64,000 nt of DNA from Eutreptiella sp. 'Long Island Sound 2002' (taxonomy: Eukaryota > Protista > Euglenida). Position 1 is the first letter of the stretch; each line of letters opens with the position of its first letter. The translations under genes were made by a program, and so were the position numbers. Positions 47,299-60,830 of this stretch are shown here, in pieces. The stretch spans positions 3,348,001 to 3,412,000 of the forward strand of contig OZ038379.1 of the NCBI GenBank assembly GCA_964036045.1, read 5' to 3'. The notes under the pieces are model-generated. The model saw only the letters and a list, made by a program, of their open reading frames with translations, had not been told where the DNA came from and made no database searches.

Positions 47299-48477
47299 CT
47301 GTTGCAACAGCAACAGCAACAGCAACAGCAACTTCTCCTGCTCCGACACCTGCCGCAGACTGCAGCGATTCTTCCATACACGGAGAGCGTTGCGGGCACC
47401 ACCGCTGATGTGGAGTCCGGGCACCTCGACCGGGGGCCTGTATCATGCCGCTGGTTTCAACATTGGCCTGAACAACAAAACCACTGCTGATTGACCAGCC
47501 CGCCCTGCCAGGCGTCGGTTGTCACTGCGTCGGAACTGAAGATGCCCCCGCAGTTTCGAATGGAGTGTTTCGAATGCCTCCGACCCAGTCCGAACAGCAG
47601 GAGTGAGGGGTTCTGTGGGGAATGGTGCATGCCCTTTGCTGTTGTTGTTTGCCGCACGTTTCGAAAACTGTGCTGCACTTCTTCCTTCTATAGCCACCCT
47701 GAGTGCCCAACGTCAGCAAGCAACAGCACCAGAGGAGCAGCCCTCACAACCAAGGAGTTGAGGTTCCCATATCCCCCCCCCCCCCCCTTCCCCTGCGCAG
47801 GCACCGCCCAAAGCACCAAAACTGACGGTCTCACCACTGCACAAGGCGGGGAATTTTGAATAGGCAAAACGGGGCATGGTTCTAAAAATGACGGTTTCAC
47901 TGGGTAGTGGTGCATGCGCAAGGGAGGGGGGGGGGGGGGGGGGTACAGCTGATTGATGCCAAAAACAGGCAAAATGACACTTTCTACTTCTAGGGCCGCT
48001 GCTGTGCCCATGTTTGGCAACGATGATGTGGAGGGAAGGTTTGCCAAGCAATGAACACATTCGAGAACAAGCAGCAGTCTGCAATGTGGTTGCAAACCGT
48101 ATTGGCGCCACAGATTTGACTTCTCAAGCATTCCGAATATTTCCTGATCAAGAGTTTTTAGCAATTCTTCATCTGTTGCAACTCCTGTGCCAGGACCCCA
48201 CATGACCCCCCTTTTCTGCCATACATTGTTCGACCTGCCGATCGGTGGCCCGTCTGTTGTTTGATGGATGTCGCATGGGAACAGCTGATGAAATGGGGAC
48301 ACGTTTTGCTGTTTCCAGCAGTGCACTACGACTGGGCAAGGCTTCCAGCATCCTTTTTTTTTCCTGCAGCAGTACTTTACCCTACCATTGAAACCCCTCC
48401 CCCCCTTGCAATCCCCACTGGAGCGCTCATCTGGTGATTGGATCATTTGCTTGGTTCTCCCTGTTTGCAGGGACGTG

Positions 48478-48570
48478 TATTCTGAAGGTGATCGTGTCTG
48501 GTACCATCCCCGAACGCTTTGTGACAAGGGGTCTGGCAAGCGTTGTTGGTCCATCCCCCTCTGGGTGGGC
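48478..48570 (+). mobile_element. Tudor/SH3-like module relic, copy 1 (frameshifted)
   Basis: YSEGDRVWYHPRTL, then a frameshift, then LASVVGPSPSG. Confidence 0.5.
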
Positions 48571-51500
48571 ATTGAGTACCCCCGTGGGAACATGTTCGAT
48601 AATTCAAAGTGGTGTGGTCTCCTGATAAGAAATCCCACGCTGCATGATGGGAACGAGTCATCAACTGTTCTTGGGGTTGGGTGCGGGCACCATTGCTATC
48701 ACCCCCCCCCTCCCCCGGGCGCGGGGGCCTCATTTGGGTGCGATGCCCGGGGGGTGGGAGTGGGGGGTGTTGCGTGCTAGGGGAAAGATGTCAAGGGGGG
48801 TGTAGGGGGTGCTTTTGGCAGTGGCCATGGTGGCAGCAGCTGCCCACTTTCTTCTGTCCCCTTGCTCCAGCTGTCTTCAGCCTTCGCCCAATTCAGGGTG
48901 CAAGTGCCCATCGAGGGTCTGTTTGCCCTGGCGTTTGCGTCCCACCAGGGCCCGCATGCCCCCCTCTGATTGGCTGGTGTATGAATGTGTGGGAGTTAGG
49001 GACGCCCTGTTCCTGATCAGGATGCAGTATGTCTGTCAAGATGCCTGCTCTGAAACGGGCTGCAACAGCCACCAAACCCCTGGGCTAAGGTCATTTTTCT
49101 GCTTTCCTTCAGTGATGATGCTTTGCACGCTAGCAGTGCAATCTCAGTCTCGAATACTTTGCATCGCTATTTCGCAACTGATTTAGAAAAATGGGTTCCC
49201 AAAAGGACGGATGGCACTGGTTACGCACGAGCTGTGCTCTCGTCGAACCTTCAAGAGATTTTCCCCTCTTCAATTGGGCAGAATGTGGGTGCGAGGGGAT
49301 CTCCCAAAGCCTGCACGTGCCCAAGCAGTAGTGGCTCCTGCGGTCCTGTTGCAATCCTCCACGACACGGAACACTTGTGTGGGCATTTTGAGGCCCCGCC
49401 TGACTCGAAATTCCACACTGAGGCATTCAGGTCCAGTCACAGGTATGGCCTAGTGTTCTGCTGTCACTCATCCATCATGGGGCTATGTTGTGGAATTTGT
49501 GTCTGACACCTGTTTGGGGGCCCCTTTGGCACAGTGTGGCACGAGGGTTCTCTGTTAAGGCACTAAGTGAGCGGGGGCACAGGCTGGCAGCTCCCTGCAG
49601 GCCATATTCTTGCAGCTGGAGGCGGGCCCTGTACCTTTGAGAGGTCAGGAGAATGGGACTCTTATGAGTACTGGAGCAATGTATGCAGTGAGGGCACAGC
49701 CCCAAAGTGTGCTGTGGAACAATGGACATTTTGTGGGTCAGACCAATGCAAATTTTAGTGTCTGTATCTGCATGAGCTGTTGCCCCCAGCGTTTCAGTGT
49801 TGTTGATGAATGCCTCAAAGCAAGGTCCCAAGTTCAGGGATATGCTCCAACCCACAGAACATCCTGTGGAGTGAAAATCCGGGGAGGATCAGATAGAAGT
49901 CATGACCTTCACCATCGCTTTCACACTCGCCATCACCACCACCATCCCCCCCCCCCCCCCCTCGAGCCCCATGGAGAGCCCACCCCTTTCCAGTGCACAG
50001 TTCCCCAGGGGGGGGGGGGGGTTCAGTTGCCCCAAACGTCCATGCGCGGAAGGCGCTGAAGAAAAATCACCTCGAAGAGAGGTTGTTAGATCAAGCGCAG
50101 GCGCGGGCGTCATATACCCCCCTTTTTTGGGGTCATTCGCGTAGCATACCCCAAGGCATGATATTGGATGTCCAACCCCTTGTAAAATCATTATTTTGCC
50201 CAATAAGAGCATCCCCCAATGGATTTTTTGATTTTGAGGCCTCTACCCCCTAAAACTGGATATCACTTTTTTGAGGGGGGGGGGTGGGGGGGTGGGGGGG
50301 GTGGGGGGGGGGGGGGTCAAAAGTTTTTGCTTAACAGGCTAAAAGCAGTGGGGACGCACGGTGATGGTAACAGGGCCAGCGGTCCAATGGTAACCCAGCC
50401 GACACCAAAATTGCAGGCGCCGGTTCGATTTCTGATCTGCTTACTTTTGGCGCCGCCGGCGGCGGCGGCGCCAAAGTGGACAGACTGGGGTTCAAACCGG
50501 CGAACGCGCGGATGCCGGCCGGCTGCGTTACCACTCGGCCACTACTTAGATTGCGGCAAAGGGCATCCCTGCTGCTTGGGCCCGCATCTGCCACTGCAAA
50601 AAAAACCCAAACTGTGTGTATCTGTCTGACTGCCTACTTGCTGGCTCAGGGACTGATTGGCTGACTGTCTACCTCTCTTCGAGGTGCACTGCCGAAGGCA
50701 ATAGAATTTTCTCTGGTTACAATGCAGTTGCAGTGGAAAGGTCAGGTTTGGGTCCTCGCGCATGGTTCTTTCTGATGGGGGGGGGCAGGGCTGGGGCGTC
50801 ATTTGGTGGCCCCTCCTTCCAGGGGTTGGGGGGACCGTCGCACGTTCCGGGGGTATCTTCATGGGGGCGAAGGGTTGCCATCCCAAGTGCCTTACTGTGA
50901 AATATTGATGTGTTGTCATCTTAGGGCAGGGGGGGCGTGGCAGAATCCATCCACCGGCCTCCCCCATATTGGCTCCGGCTTCCGCAGAATTGCGCATGGT
51001 ACCCGCACGTGAGAGAGGAGGGAGCAGGGGTCACGGAAGCAACCAGTCGAACCAATCTAGGATCCGGACCAGTGGTAGTAGAGACTGTAAAGCAAATGGC
51101 CTCCAAACCCGCCCTAAGCAACATACTCCCAGAGTATCAATGGATGACAGAGAGATTGGTGCGCCATAGTGCACTTTTGGTGGCCTTTGCTCGCATCACT
51201 TTATACACTCCTGGTGGGGGGGATCGGGGTTCCGATGTGGGGGCAGCCTAGCTCGGACCCTGACCCCAACACCCCCACCCTCCCCAAGCCCCGCAGGAGG
51301 TCCAAAATGCTGAGGAGGTCCAGACCACATTTGGCCCCCAACTTGGCGCCAAAGAGACCAAAAAAACCTTTTAGCATACATGTCGTTTTTATTGAATGTG
51401 TGTATACTCAAAATGCTCAGAATTTTATGGGAAATCCAATTTTGTATGCAAAACATGAACTTTGTTTTGACCTCCCCCATCCAGCCCTCCAAACCTGGCT

Positions 51501-52339
51501 GCTGGGACGAGACCCCCTCGGAGGTAATTTTGTTTTCAATAACCCTGCATATCTGTCTCCAAAATGATCAGCGCAACGAGGGGATCATTTTGAGGTATAT
51601 GTTTTGAGGTACCCAGGCCCCAGCCTGGCGCCCCTCCCCCCCCCCCCCACCCACCCACCCCCCAAAGGGCCTAAATCGTTGCCCGATAGGTCTGAGCCTA
51701 AGTGCCCCCCACAGTGTCCAGAATGGCCGAATTATCAGATTCACATGGTCTCTATGTGAGGCTCTATGTGCTGCATCCTGATTCCTTCCACCGTGTGGAG
51801 AGAGAGGACTAAGTGTGGAAGGAAATGCTTTATGATGTCCGACAGTGTATGCTGGTGTGCATGCTGGGTTTTGAGTGGTTGAGTGGTTGAGTGGTTGAGT
51901 GGTGAGGTTGCTTCACGTCTGAACGCATTGATGACAAAGTATGAATACCCTCTCCCGAGTAGCATGTGAAGCTGTCACTGTCCATTTTCAAGCACAGCAG
52001 CATTCTGCATGCAACAGTGATTGCTATCAGTGGTTGTTGTTGCCACTCATAGAGGCCAGAGTTGCACAACAGCATGCACCGAAAAGCACTTGTTTTGGGT
52101 CTCCATGCGACTCTGCACAATTTTGAGCGAGCTCTTTCTTTACCCTGGCCCTCCCTTCGTGTACACCAGTCCTCGCAACAGCAGACACGGAACACCACCT
52201 TTTTTTTTACCCTCATCCTTTGGAGATGCCAGCCGTGGCAACCACAGGGACTTGTACAACGGTAAAAGAAGAAGCGGTTGGAAAGTACTGCAGCCGTTGC
52301 CAATTGCAGCAGCAGGCAGGCAGGCAGACCAGCAGCAGC

Positions 52340-54600
52340 AGCAATGGATCAAATAACACCAGAGCCTGTCATGCCGTATCTGCCCCCGTTTGGGTAAGCC
52401 AATTGTGCCATATTTCTATGCATCTTCGGTTCCAGACAGTTGCGTCCCATGGTGGGTGTGACTGCGTTTCCCGCTGCTTGATCACGCAGATTGTGTGATG
52501 GTTCGGGTATCGCCCTGCGAGGTGTACCGGAACCCATGGCGAAATAACCAACTCATAATTTTTGAACCTTTCTGGTGGCCCCTGATGCATTTGTAAATAA
52601 TTGTGGTGGGAATCTCATCGACAAATGCCGTATTCATGGCACCAGAAAGAGGTGATGTTCGAAAGGCTTGCATACGCATGTACTGCACCATTTTGCAGTG
52701 TGACCCTGTTTTCCGTTTTGCATTGTGGGCCCCTCATGTTTCCCTAACCCTGCCCACAACCAGATTTTGCATATTGTCACCCCCTTCCACTCAAAGCTGC
52801 CAGCTGTTGCTCATCTTCGGCACCATTGTGGTCTCTGATTGCCTGTTGGGAAACTGGATGTGTCATGCTGTAAGAGTATGTCTGCCATCCTGCTATGTTG
52901 CACTGACGGGCTCGACCATGCATATATTTTTCTTGACTTTATAAAGGAATGAAGAGGGTGCAGGGTCGTGCAAGGCAGGGATGCCAGGTGTAGGATACAC
53001 AATGCTGGCAGGTCGGGTGGGGCATATCCACTGTACCGAACTATTATATTCCCACCTTTCACAGCGGCACAGTTCATATTTCGAGGCGATTTGCTGTTTT
53101 CTTGTGTACTTAAAAATCATCTGTCCTCGCTGTGGTAAATCGTGCATCATCCTCATGACACCATCATACCCAAGCTCTCTTGAGCCCCCTTGTGGCCGGC
53201 ACCTTTTGCTCAAACAGGCCAGAAGGTACATGTGCTCTTGCTGATTGTGTAGGTAAACTTGCCCAAAAAAAATTGAAATTGCTGTTTATCAAATTAAAAT
53301 TCCTGCAAGAACTCCTGTGGACAGACCGGCTGTCAGAACAGTAAGAGACTCGTGCCCATTGCGAAGTATCAGCCAGTACAGAAATTTCCCTGACCGACCA
53401 CCAGCCAAGTTCCTATAATTGGCGACACCACGTGTCCCAGCTTTGGATCCAGTGTGCTGTTGCACTATCCCCGGCTAATTTCTGTCCTTTTTCCCTGGTT
53501 GCCTTTGCTTAGAGTGGAATGTCCCTGACCATAGTCTACCCCTTTCCAACTTCAGATTGATGCTTGTATCTGGGGCCATTGTCCGGAACTTTTGCAGTCT
53601 CACATTGCATCTCACTGTCCACAGACAGATCCCCCCCAGGGGAAAAGTCTCTTTTGCTTGATTTTTTTGCTGTTTTTTTTTTTTTGAAACAACAGGCTCC
53701 AGCACATTGTCATCCTACGACACTGTTCTCTTGCAATCTTGTCACGCCCAATAGGGTGTGGGGCCTGTGGTGTCTTCACTGATTCATGCAGTTTTCGGGA
53801 AAGGCATTTCATGATTTGAGAAATGAGGATGAGAATGGTTTGTCAAGTAGCTTCTGTGGTTGTGACGCCTTTTCTCCTAAGGTTCATTTGGGATAAGCCA
53901 GGGTTATGGGGCACAAGTTTTAGCTTTTTGGATGAGGGGCTGAGGGGTAGTGCTTGCCTCTTGGTTGCAGAGGGAAGTTATGCAAACAATTCTACGTCTG
54001 CCACATGTGCAGGGTGTGACGGGCCTGTGTACCCAGGGAACAGGCGGTCCATGTGTGTGTGTGTGTGTGTGAACACTCCAATGCACATAGTAGTATTGGC
54101 AAAGTGCAGAGGATGGTGCATGAGGATGATTGTTCTTTGTTTGTGCATGTTTGCGAGAAGGGGTCAGGGGAACACACTGGGCACACAGGGAGCTCTGAGC
54201 ACGGTGCGTGCACTTGAAGTGCAGATTTCGGCTGTGCAGAAATCACTGTGAGGCGGACCATAGGGAGCCATTGGTTTCAAGGGGTTGGGGGAGAGAATTG
54301 CATGCATCCCTTATTTGTGTCATCTGTGGGAACCCTTTTGGGGTGTCCCCAATGCACGAGGAGTAATGGGTGGTACATTGAGATGCGGTATTTGCTGGTG
54401 CTGAAGCATTGCATCATTGTGGTATGCAGTTTGCGGCTGGTTGTGGGGCTCTCTGACTGCATGGGCAAAACAGGCCTGTTTCCCAGTGAAGTAGTCTAAA
54501 AGGTGCAAGCAGTGCTGGTAGAGTATGCATGCTGCAAGACAGTTTCCTAGGCTTGGGTTGGTGAAAGGTGAAATGTTGCATATGGGGTGATAAGGAGTCT
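52340..54600 (-). mobile_element. Heavily decayed Ty3/gypsy-like pol (RNase H, integrase zinc-binding and core fragments)
   Basis: GGSRELGYDGVMRMM...QMIFKYTRKQQIASKYELCRCER resembles the H2C2 region. AFVDEIPT and LFRHGFRYTSQGDTR resemble the rve core. FHSKQRQPGKKDRN resembles the tether. Many stops are present. Confidence 0.4.
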
Positions 54601-54769
54601 GCTAAGTGGCTTTCTAATATCATCTTTATGAGAGATCACAATGCACTGTGCTGTGCTTAGGGTTTTGATTTGTTACCACAGCACAAATCTAGCAGCCGTG
54701 ACTACTGTGCATAACCTCGCCAGTATCATTCCCCCCCCCTGTCTCAGCTACGGCTTTGTTTTAGCTACA

Positions 54770-54950
54770 GTGGACATAGGGACCATATTCATTCCGTACC
54801 TATTTAATTTGGTACAAAATGTAGTGCAACGGCATAAGATACGGTTTTGGTGACAAATCTGCCAATTGCATGGAGTCATGGGCAGATTTGTTGTGATTGT
54901 TTGCCCATTTGAACCCACGGAGCTCTGATTTTGGGGATATTTGGGCATTA
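54770..54950 (-). repeat. Dispersed repeat homologous to 11255-11440
   Basis: See 11255-11440. Confidence 0.75.
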
Positions 54951-55251
54951 TCTTCCGCTTGCTTGGTGGTGGTGTGTGTGCCGGTTACCGCCCCCCCCTG
55001 TTTTTGAAATACCCCCCCCTTTGCAATCTCCCCTCGGGGGGGGGGGGGGGGAGGCTGTCATTTTACTGTTTTGTTGGGCAATATCTTTTGTGGTGGTTTG
55101 TGTTCCCCATCTGTCACACACACACACACACACACATCTTTGCATTGCTTTCCCATTACTTTGAATCAGCCACTTGTGTGTATTCCGTGATATTCTCTCT
55201 CCAAAGGCGGTGTATAGGGTGTGGTTTCCGTTTTTCAGACCCAAGATGTTT

Positions 55252-55420
55252 TCTCCCGGTGACCGTGTATGGTACCATTCGCGCACACTTGGTGCACATG
55301 TTTTGGCCACTGTTGTGAGGCTTTTACCAAATGGGCCGTACATTCTGCCACATTCCGTACATACGCCCTAGTGAGGTCACTCAAGTAGATCATGAGAGTG
55401 CTCAATTGTCAAGGCTCGGG
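55252..55420 (+). mobile_element. Tudor/SH3-like module relic, copy 2
   Basis: FSPGDRVWYHSRTLGAHVLATVVRLLPNGP, then a frameshift, then FCHIPYIRPSEVTQVDHESAQLSRL. Confidence 0.55.
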
Positions 55421-58400
55421 GCTGTGGTGGTTACATCACCCAAGTCTCCAGCATCGCCGGACATTACCCCCAGGGCTTTGCAACCCCAAACGCCGGTTGT
55501 TTATTTGCGTCAGTGGAGGGTACCACAGTTTGCTTTGAAATATTTTGGCAATCTGACCCCTTTATGGGAGGAGACTGTAATTTGGTGACGGTCTCCCTCC
55601 CATGGAGGATGGAAACCGTGGCGCGCTATGGGGGGAGATTCCAAGGAGGGGGGGGTAGTCGTATGTGTCGCGCGCAAGCTACGACAAGCGTAGGGACTGT
55701 GTTAATTCCCTCTTTTTGTGTAGCTTAGACAAGGGGGTCCAGTTGCTTGGTCCATCTGCGGGGGCGGGGAGAGGGGGGGAAGCGTGGCGCAATCCACAAG
55801 GGCCTAAGGGGAAACCAGTATATATAAGGTGGCACACTTAGAAGCACCATTTTCAGGTCAGCCAGGCAAACAGGAACGACTGAAAGTGAAGGCTGTTGGC
55901 GGCAGTGTAGTGGACGCCACAAGGGCAGAAGCAGTACTTGCGTGCAGAGGGTCAATTGTCCCACTCTCACCCACCGAAATATGATCCTCCACTATCTGAG
56001 GACAAACACCTTGTTCGATTTCCTCTTCGGAACCTGAACAGTTGCACACTTCTGGAAGTACCCTGCAGCATACTTATTTAGCCTTGTTCTTGGGGTGCAC
56101 TACGCGCACACGTAGGTGGGTCAAGGCCCTCCAAGTGAGAGGCGAAGAATGGCTTCATATCATTTGTACAAGTTTATTTTCCAAGATTCTTACCTCAATG
56201 TTAAGCAAGTCAAACACCGGGGATTGTATTTTTTGTGTTCGCATGTTGTGAACCATCCCAAGATGTACCCCAAACAGCCCACACAAGCTCAGAAAGCCTT
56301 AGCTGCATGCACACCCCGTGTCTCCGTAGGATTTTTTTTAGGTTTCTGGATCGTTTGTAAAGGATTTTGGGTAGTGTTTGTTCCTCTTTGGAGGCTTTTT
56401 GATGGCTGCAATTATCACTAGGACCCTATGGTGAAAACGTCAAGTTATGGGTCTCCACCCAACTGCTACACAAAGTGCCCTGTGGCGATTTTTATCCAAT
56501 TCAGATGTTATTGATAAACTACAACTGCTAAGGTCGGTTTACAGCCGTGGCCTGACCCTGACCCACTCTGCTGATTTCTGGCACAAATACAATTACCTAA
56601 GGCATTTTTAGGATAATTCACAACAAAAAAAAATCGCTAAAAAACATCCAAAATTGCCATAAATTAGCCCACCCAGAGCCTCAGCCACGACATTTTTCAT
56701 GAAGAAATAATGTCGTCAAAATGACGGCGGCGACTCGTGACGACAGCCCACGCGCCAGTTCTAATTACTTTGAAGGTTCAATGAAACTTCAAATGCACTT
56801 AGTCAAAAAAAGTGTATTATAATGCCTATATAATAGCTTTAGTTGTATTAAAGACATCTTGAGGCGCACCACATTTTTATCCTAGTATTTGTCTCCATCA
56901 AAATGAGGATAATGCATTTTGACCTATAAAACCAAACACTCGTTAGAAGATGTTGTGAGGATGTACCCCTGCCCCCCAAACTTTGATGAGACTATCACAG
57001 AGGATATCGTGAGTTTGCTGACACCCTGCTCTAGTTCAAAGCCTATACATTTTTATCTATTTTATCATAAATGCCGACTTATCCTAGTAATATTCACCCT
57101 ACGGGCTAGGGCACCTCTTTTTGAGAGGTCTTGGGTTCAAACCCCAGTAAGCCTAGCTAAGTAGGAAGATTCCTGGTGACATGGCAGAGACCTTAGTGCC
57201 ACAAGCCATGCCACCTCAACACCTATGGGACCAAAAAGAAAGGATTCACATCTCAGAGTGAACCTACCTTGAGACCCTTTGTACTACAGCCCTTCATGTT
57301 TGGAGTTATTTGATCCTTATCACCTGCATTGCCTTGCGTGGTTTTGGACTATTTGGTTTTATTTCTGCTGAAAACCATTTTGGAATAAAACCTGCGAAGG
57401 AACAAGCATCAACAACAAAGCAGCATGCAATGATACCAAGAAGCACTTGGGATACTTCAAGAACCAGTGCATCAAACTTTCTTACTTAAACTCTCCAAAA
57501 CGGATAAAAACCTGTCAAAATGACTACAAATAAAGCTATCTGCAGCTATTCTTGAATGCCTATGCTGGCGACAATGAATCACTAACGCCTTTCTGGGGCA
57601 TTTTTACCTCAGCTACATATGGGTGAGGGGGGGGCATACACATCACTGGTTCACATTACAAACAACAGACAAAAACAACAAAGCACCGATCACAACATTT
57701 TCCGGCCGACATACAAAACACATATAAGCACCAAAAGCACACAGTGGCATTTAAGTTGTGAAAGCAAAAGTGTGTGACAAAACAATACCCCCAAATGAAA
57801 TGATGTAGAACACAATAACACGCGCACAACAATGACAGTACCGTGTTTCGCTTTTAATAAGTGCCGAAAAATGTAAAGATGTACAGCCAAGATGAATAAA
57901 ACAAATGCGCGCACGCCGCCAGCTAGCATGCCTCTGTTGATGATTCAGGCTGAAGATATATTCACATCCCAGGCGAACCTTTGGATAGATGTCCAGTTCA
58001 AGGTGTTTTTCAAGCTTGGCGCAATGTCCTAGGTTTTCACCTCATGCGACCACATATTTTGAAAATATATTTCGTGTCCTTTTTCAAGCTGAAACCAAAG
58101 CCAAAAAATGGTTTTTCTCTGTGTTTGTCTTTCTCTTTGCCAAGGTTGAAACCTTTTTATAAACCAAACCCACTTATTGTCGCCATTAAAAACTTCTATA
58201 CTAGTTGTCTATTTTTCTAAAAAAAAAACAAAACCGGCTGTTGGTTCACATCCGTCGCCCTCAATAAGTAGGAACTTTGAATAACGTGAAATGCAATCTT
58301 TTCATTTATGTAAGTTTTGTGCACTGTCACATCACACTTGGCTTTTTTTGGATTTGATGGTTGATCATTGCCTTCATGCAACAACATAAAATGTGTTTTG

Positions 58401-60663
58401 CAGTTTTTATCACAGAACTTAACCGGTTTTTAGTTACAAGCCATGAGACTGAATAGGTACCGGTATTTGGCAGTTAAAAAAACGGTACCAAGCATTGCAT
58501 GTGACCACACTTTTCAACAAAGGCAACATTGAGATATGATTGGCTTGCTCTTTGACATTGGTTGGAATCTTTTACTTCGTCGTATTGACCCTTTGATCGA
58601 ATCATTGGGCAGCCTTTTGGTCTAAGTGTTTTCTGCACTTCAAAGCTTCCGCCAGGCCATCTTTCATACTATGCTGCAAATTCTTTGGAGATCCCGGTGT
58701 CAGCTCAAAAGCTGCACCATGACATGGCCATTGTTGAACACAAAAATGGCGACGGGCTCGTAAGCAAACTCACTGAGTTCATAGCTTGCCCATGACGTCA
58801 TGCCTGGGCTTGCCTTCAATTTGCCACTGGTAACTCCTCACTAGGTAGAGAGCGAAGTACCACAAATTTAAATCAACTTGAATTGTACGAACAGATGAAC
58901 AATGACGCACCGCAAAAAGATCACCTAGCTGCAACATAATCATGGTTCCAACCCTTTTAATATATGCTGCATCTTCTTGAGTGAACCTGAAAACATTTCA
59001 CACGATCAAATATACCTAGTTTCACCAATTTTTCTCCAAATAACAATTTGGAACCTTTTTTGCATCCATTCTGTTTGACAAAATTTGTTGGGTCGCAATG
59101 CATTGCGACTGTGTTCCAAAGCTGCAGTGCCCGGAAACATTGAAAGAAGCAAATTTATCAAAAGCAAACATGGTAAGTGAAATCATAAACGTTGAAATCA
59201 GTTTTTTATCATTTCCTATCAATGTTAATTAAAAGTGTGCAAATTTTATGCTTTGACATCAAAGGTTGGAACAACTTTAGCCTTGAAGTGCCAAATGCTG
59301 TACTCACACGGACCTTGCCTAAAATGCTGTCCGATAAGTTGTTGCTGTGACGAATCATGTGGATCATTTAATTGTTTTATGTGTCATGAAATCACCTTTA
59401 ATGCATGTTCAATGTGTGATCTGAATGTGTTATCCGTGTTTTGTCATAAATCCATCTATCCTGGTTGGCTACACACTAAAGACCTAAATTTTTTTTTTCC
59501 AGAAGCAACTGATTGAAATCCTAAAAGTCTATCTTAGTATGATCAGCCGCACATCATGCGTATGATGTTGCATGATATGTCCTGCCACATCCTATGCCAC
59601 CTCAGCAAAAAATGCAAAGAATCTCTCTTGCACGTAAATCACACCTTAGTGTGACCTAAGATCTATGCTTGGACTGGCACGGTGTGATTCCATGCCATTG
59701 TGCAACTCTTTTACTTGAAAAAAGTAGATATCTTTTCAAATATGCAATGAAGAATGGGAATACTTTTGTAACATCTTTCTCATCTTGTGGACTGTAGACC
59801 CCTTTATGATGTTTGTGGTCATGATCTTCTTGGTTGCGCACAATAGACTTTGAGTGCCTTTTTGCACTGAACGGCGCCTTTTGTGGCTGGCCAGGCCGCA
59901 GACTTTGAGTGCCTTGGGGTTATCTACTTTTGTATTGAGCTGCAGCACACTTTGCAAATGTGCCAACAACCGCGGAGGACACTTCTTGTCCAACAGTGGC
60001 CCAATGATATTAACAAAACTCGGAATACTGCCGGCAGCCCTTGCTTTGCAAAACAACACAATTTCACACATTACAATGAAGAGCACATTGCAGAATATCT
60101 GTTGCGAGAAAGGTAATCAGGTTGTCGGCAAGGAATGGCATGGAGAAGAGAATTGATGGTTGGCAGTTTGACATTCCACCTTTCTACCCCCCCCCCCCCC
60201 AGGGACGGCAGTTCCCCACCCTCCCCCAGGGAAGAATGGACACCACTGCCCACCAACCACTTACCGGCGCATACTATGCAGAATTCACGGCCAATCAGTT
60301 GCTTGTTGTAGGTGGCCCAAGGCTCTGGGATACACGCTGACGTGCATAGATGCTAATGGTGCCACGCACATGGTGCTAATATGCAAAATTCTCAATGCAC
60401 TGCATCCATTTATCAGTTTTCTGCCTGCCCCTACTGCCGAACAGGAACAGTGAAAAACTTCCTCTTACGGTCCCACATAGACTTGAACAGCTGCACATGC
60501 TGCCCATCAGCAACAGGGATGGACGAACTGGCTGCAGCAGGCTGCTTTCCACGTTTGGATGCAGGTTTGGGTGTAGGTTTGGCAACTGTTGGTGTCTCTA
60601 GCTTTTTTTAGGGATCCACTTTTCCTCCAGGATGTCCTGGGTAAAAAATAAGTTGTCCCCAAA

Positions 60664-60830
60664 GGTTTGGCCTGACCCACAGAAGCGCGGTCATGCACAA
60701 CTTCAGTAGCACCACGTTTGTACACGATGGTTCTGTACTGTTCACCATGGGGAGAAGGGCCTTGTACAACAGCCAGCACAGGCTCCTTTGTGGAATGGAC
60801 ATAGTGCACAACAGCACCTTGAGGGAACAT
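60664..60830 (-). mobile_element. Tudor/SH3-like module relic, copy 3 (more diverged)
   Basis: FPQGAVVHYVHSTKEPVLAVVQGPSPHGEQYRTIVYKRGATEVVHDRASV. Confidence 0.5.

Noticed and set aside
50276-50317. Long G-run cluster as a special G4 element
   Set aside because: Homopolymer G/C runs occur throughout the window, so this one is not distinctive.
57112-57147. tRNA-like T-arm (TGGGTTCAAACCCCA) with an upstream hairpin
   Set aside because: No A box, D arm or acceptor stem; too short to support a call.
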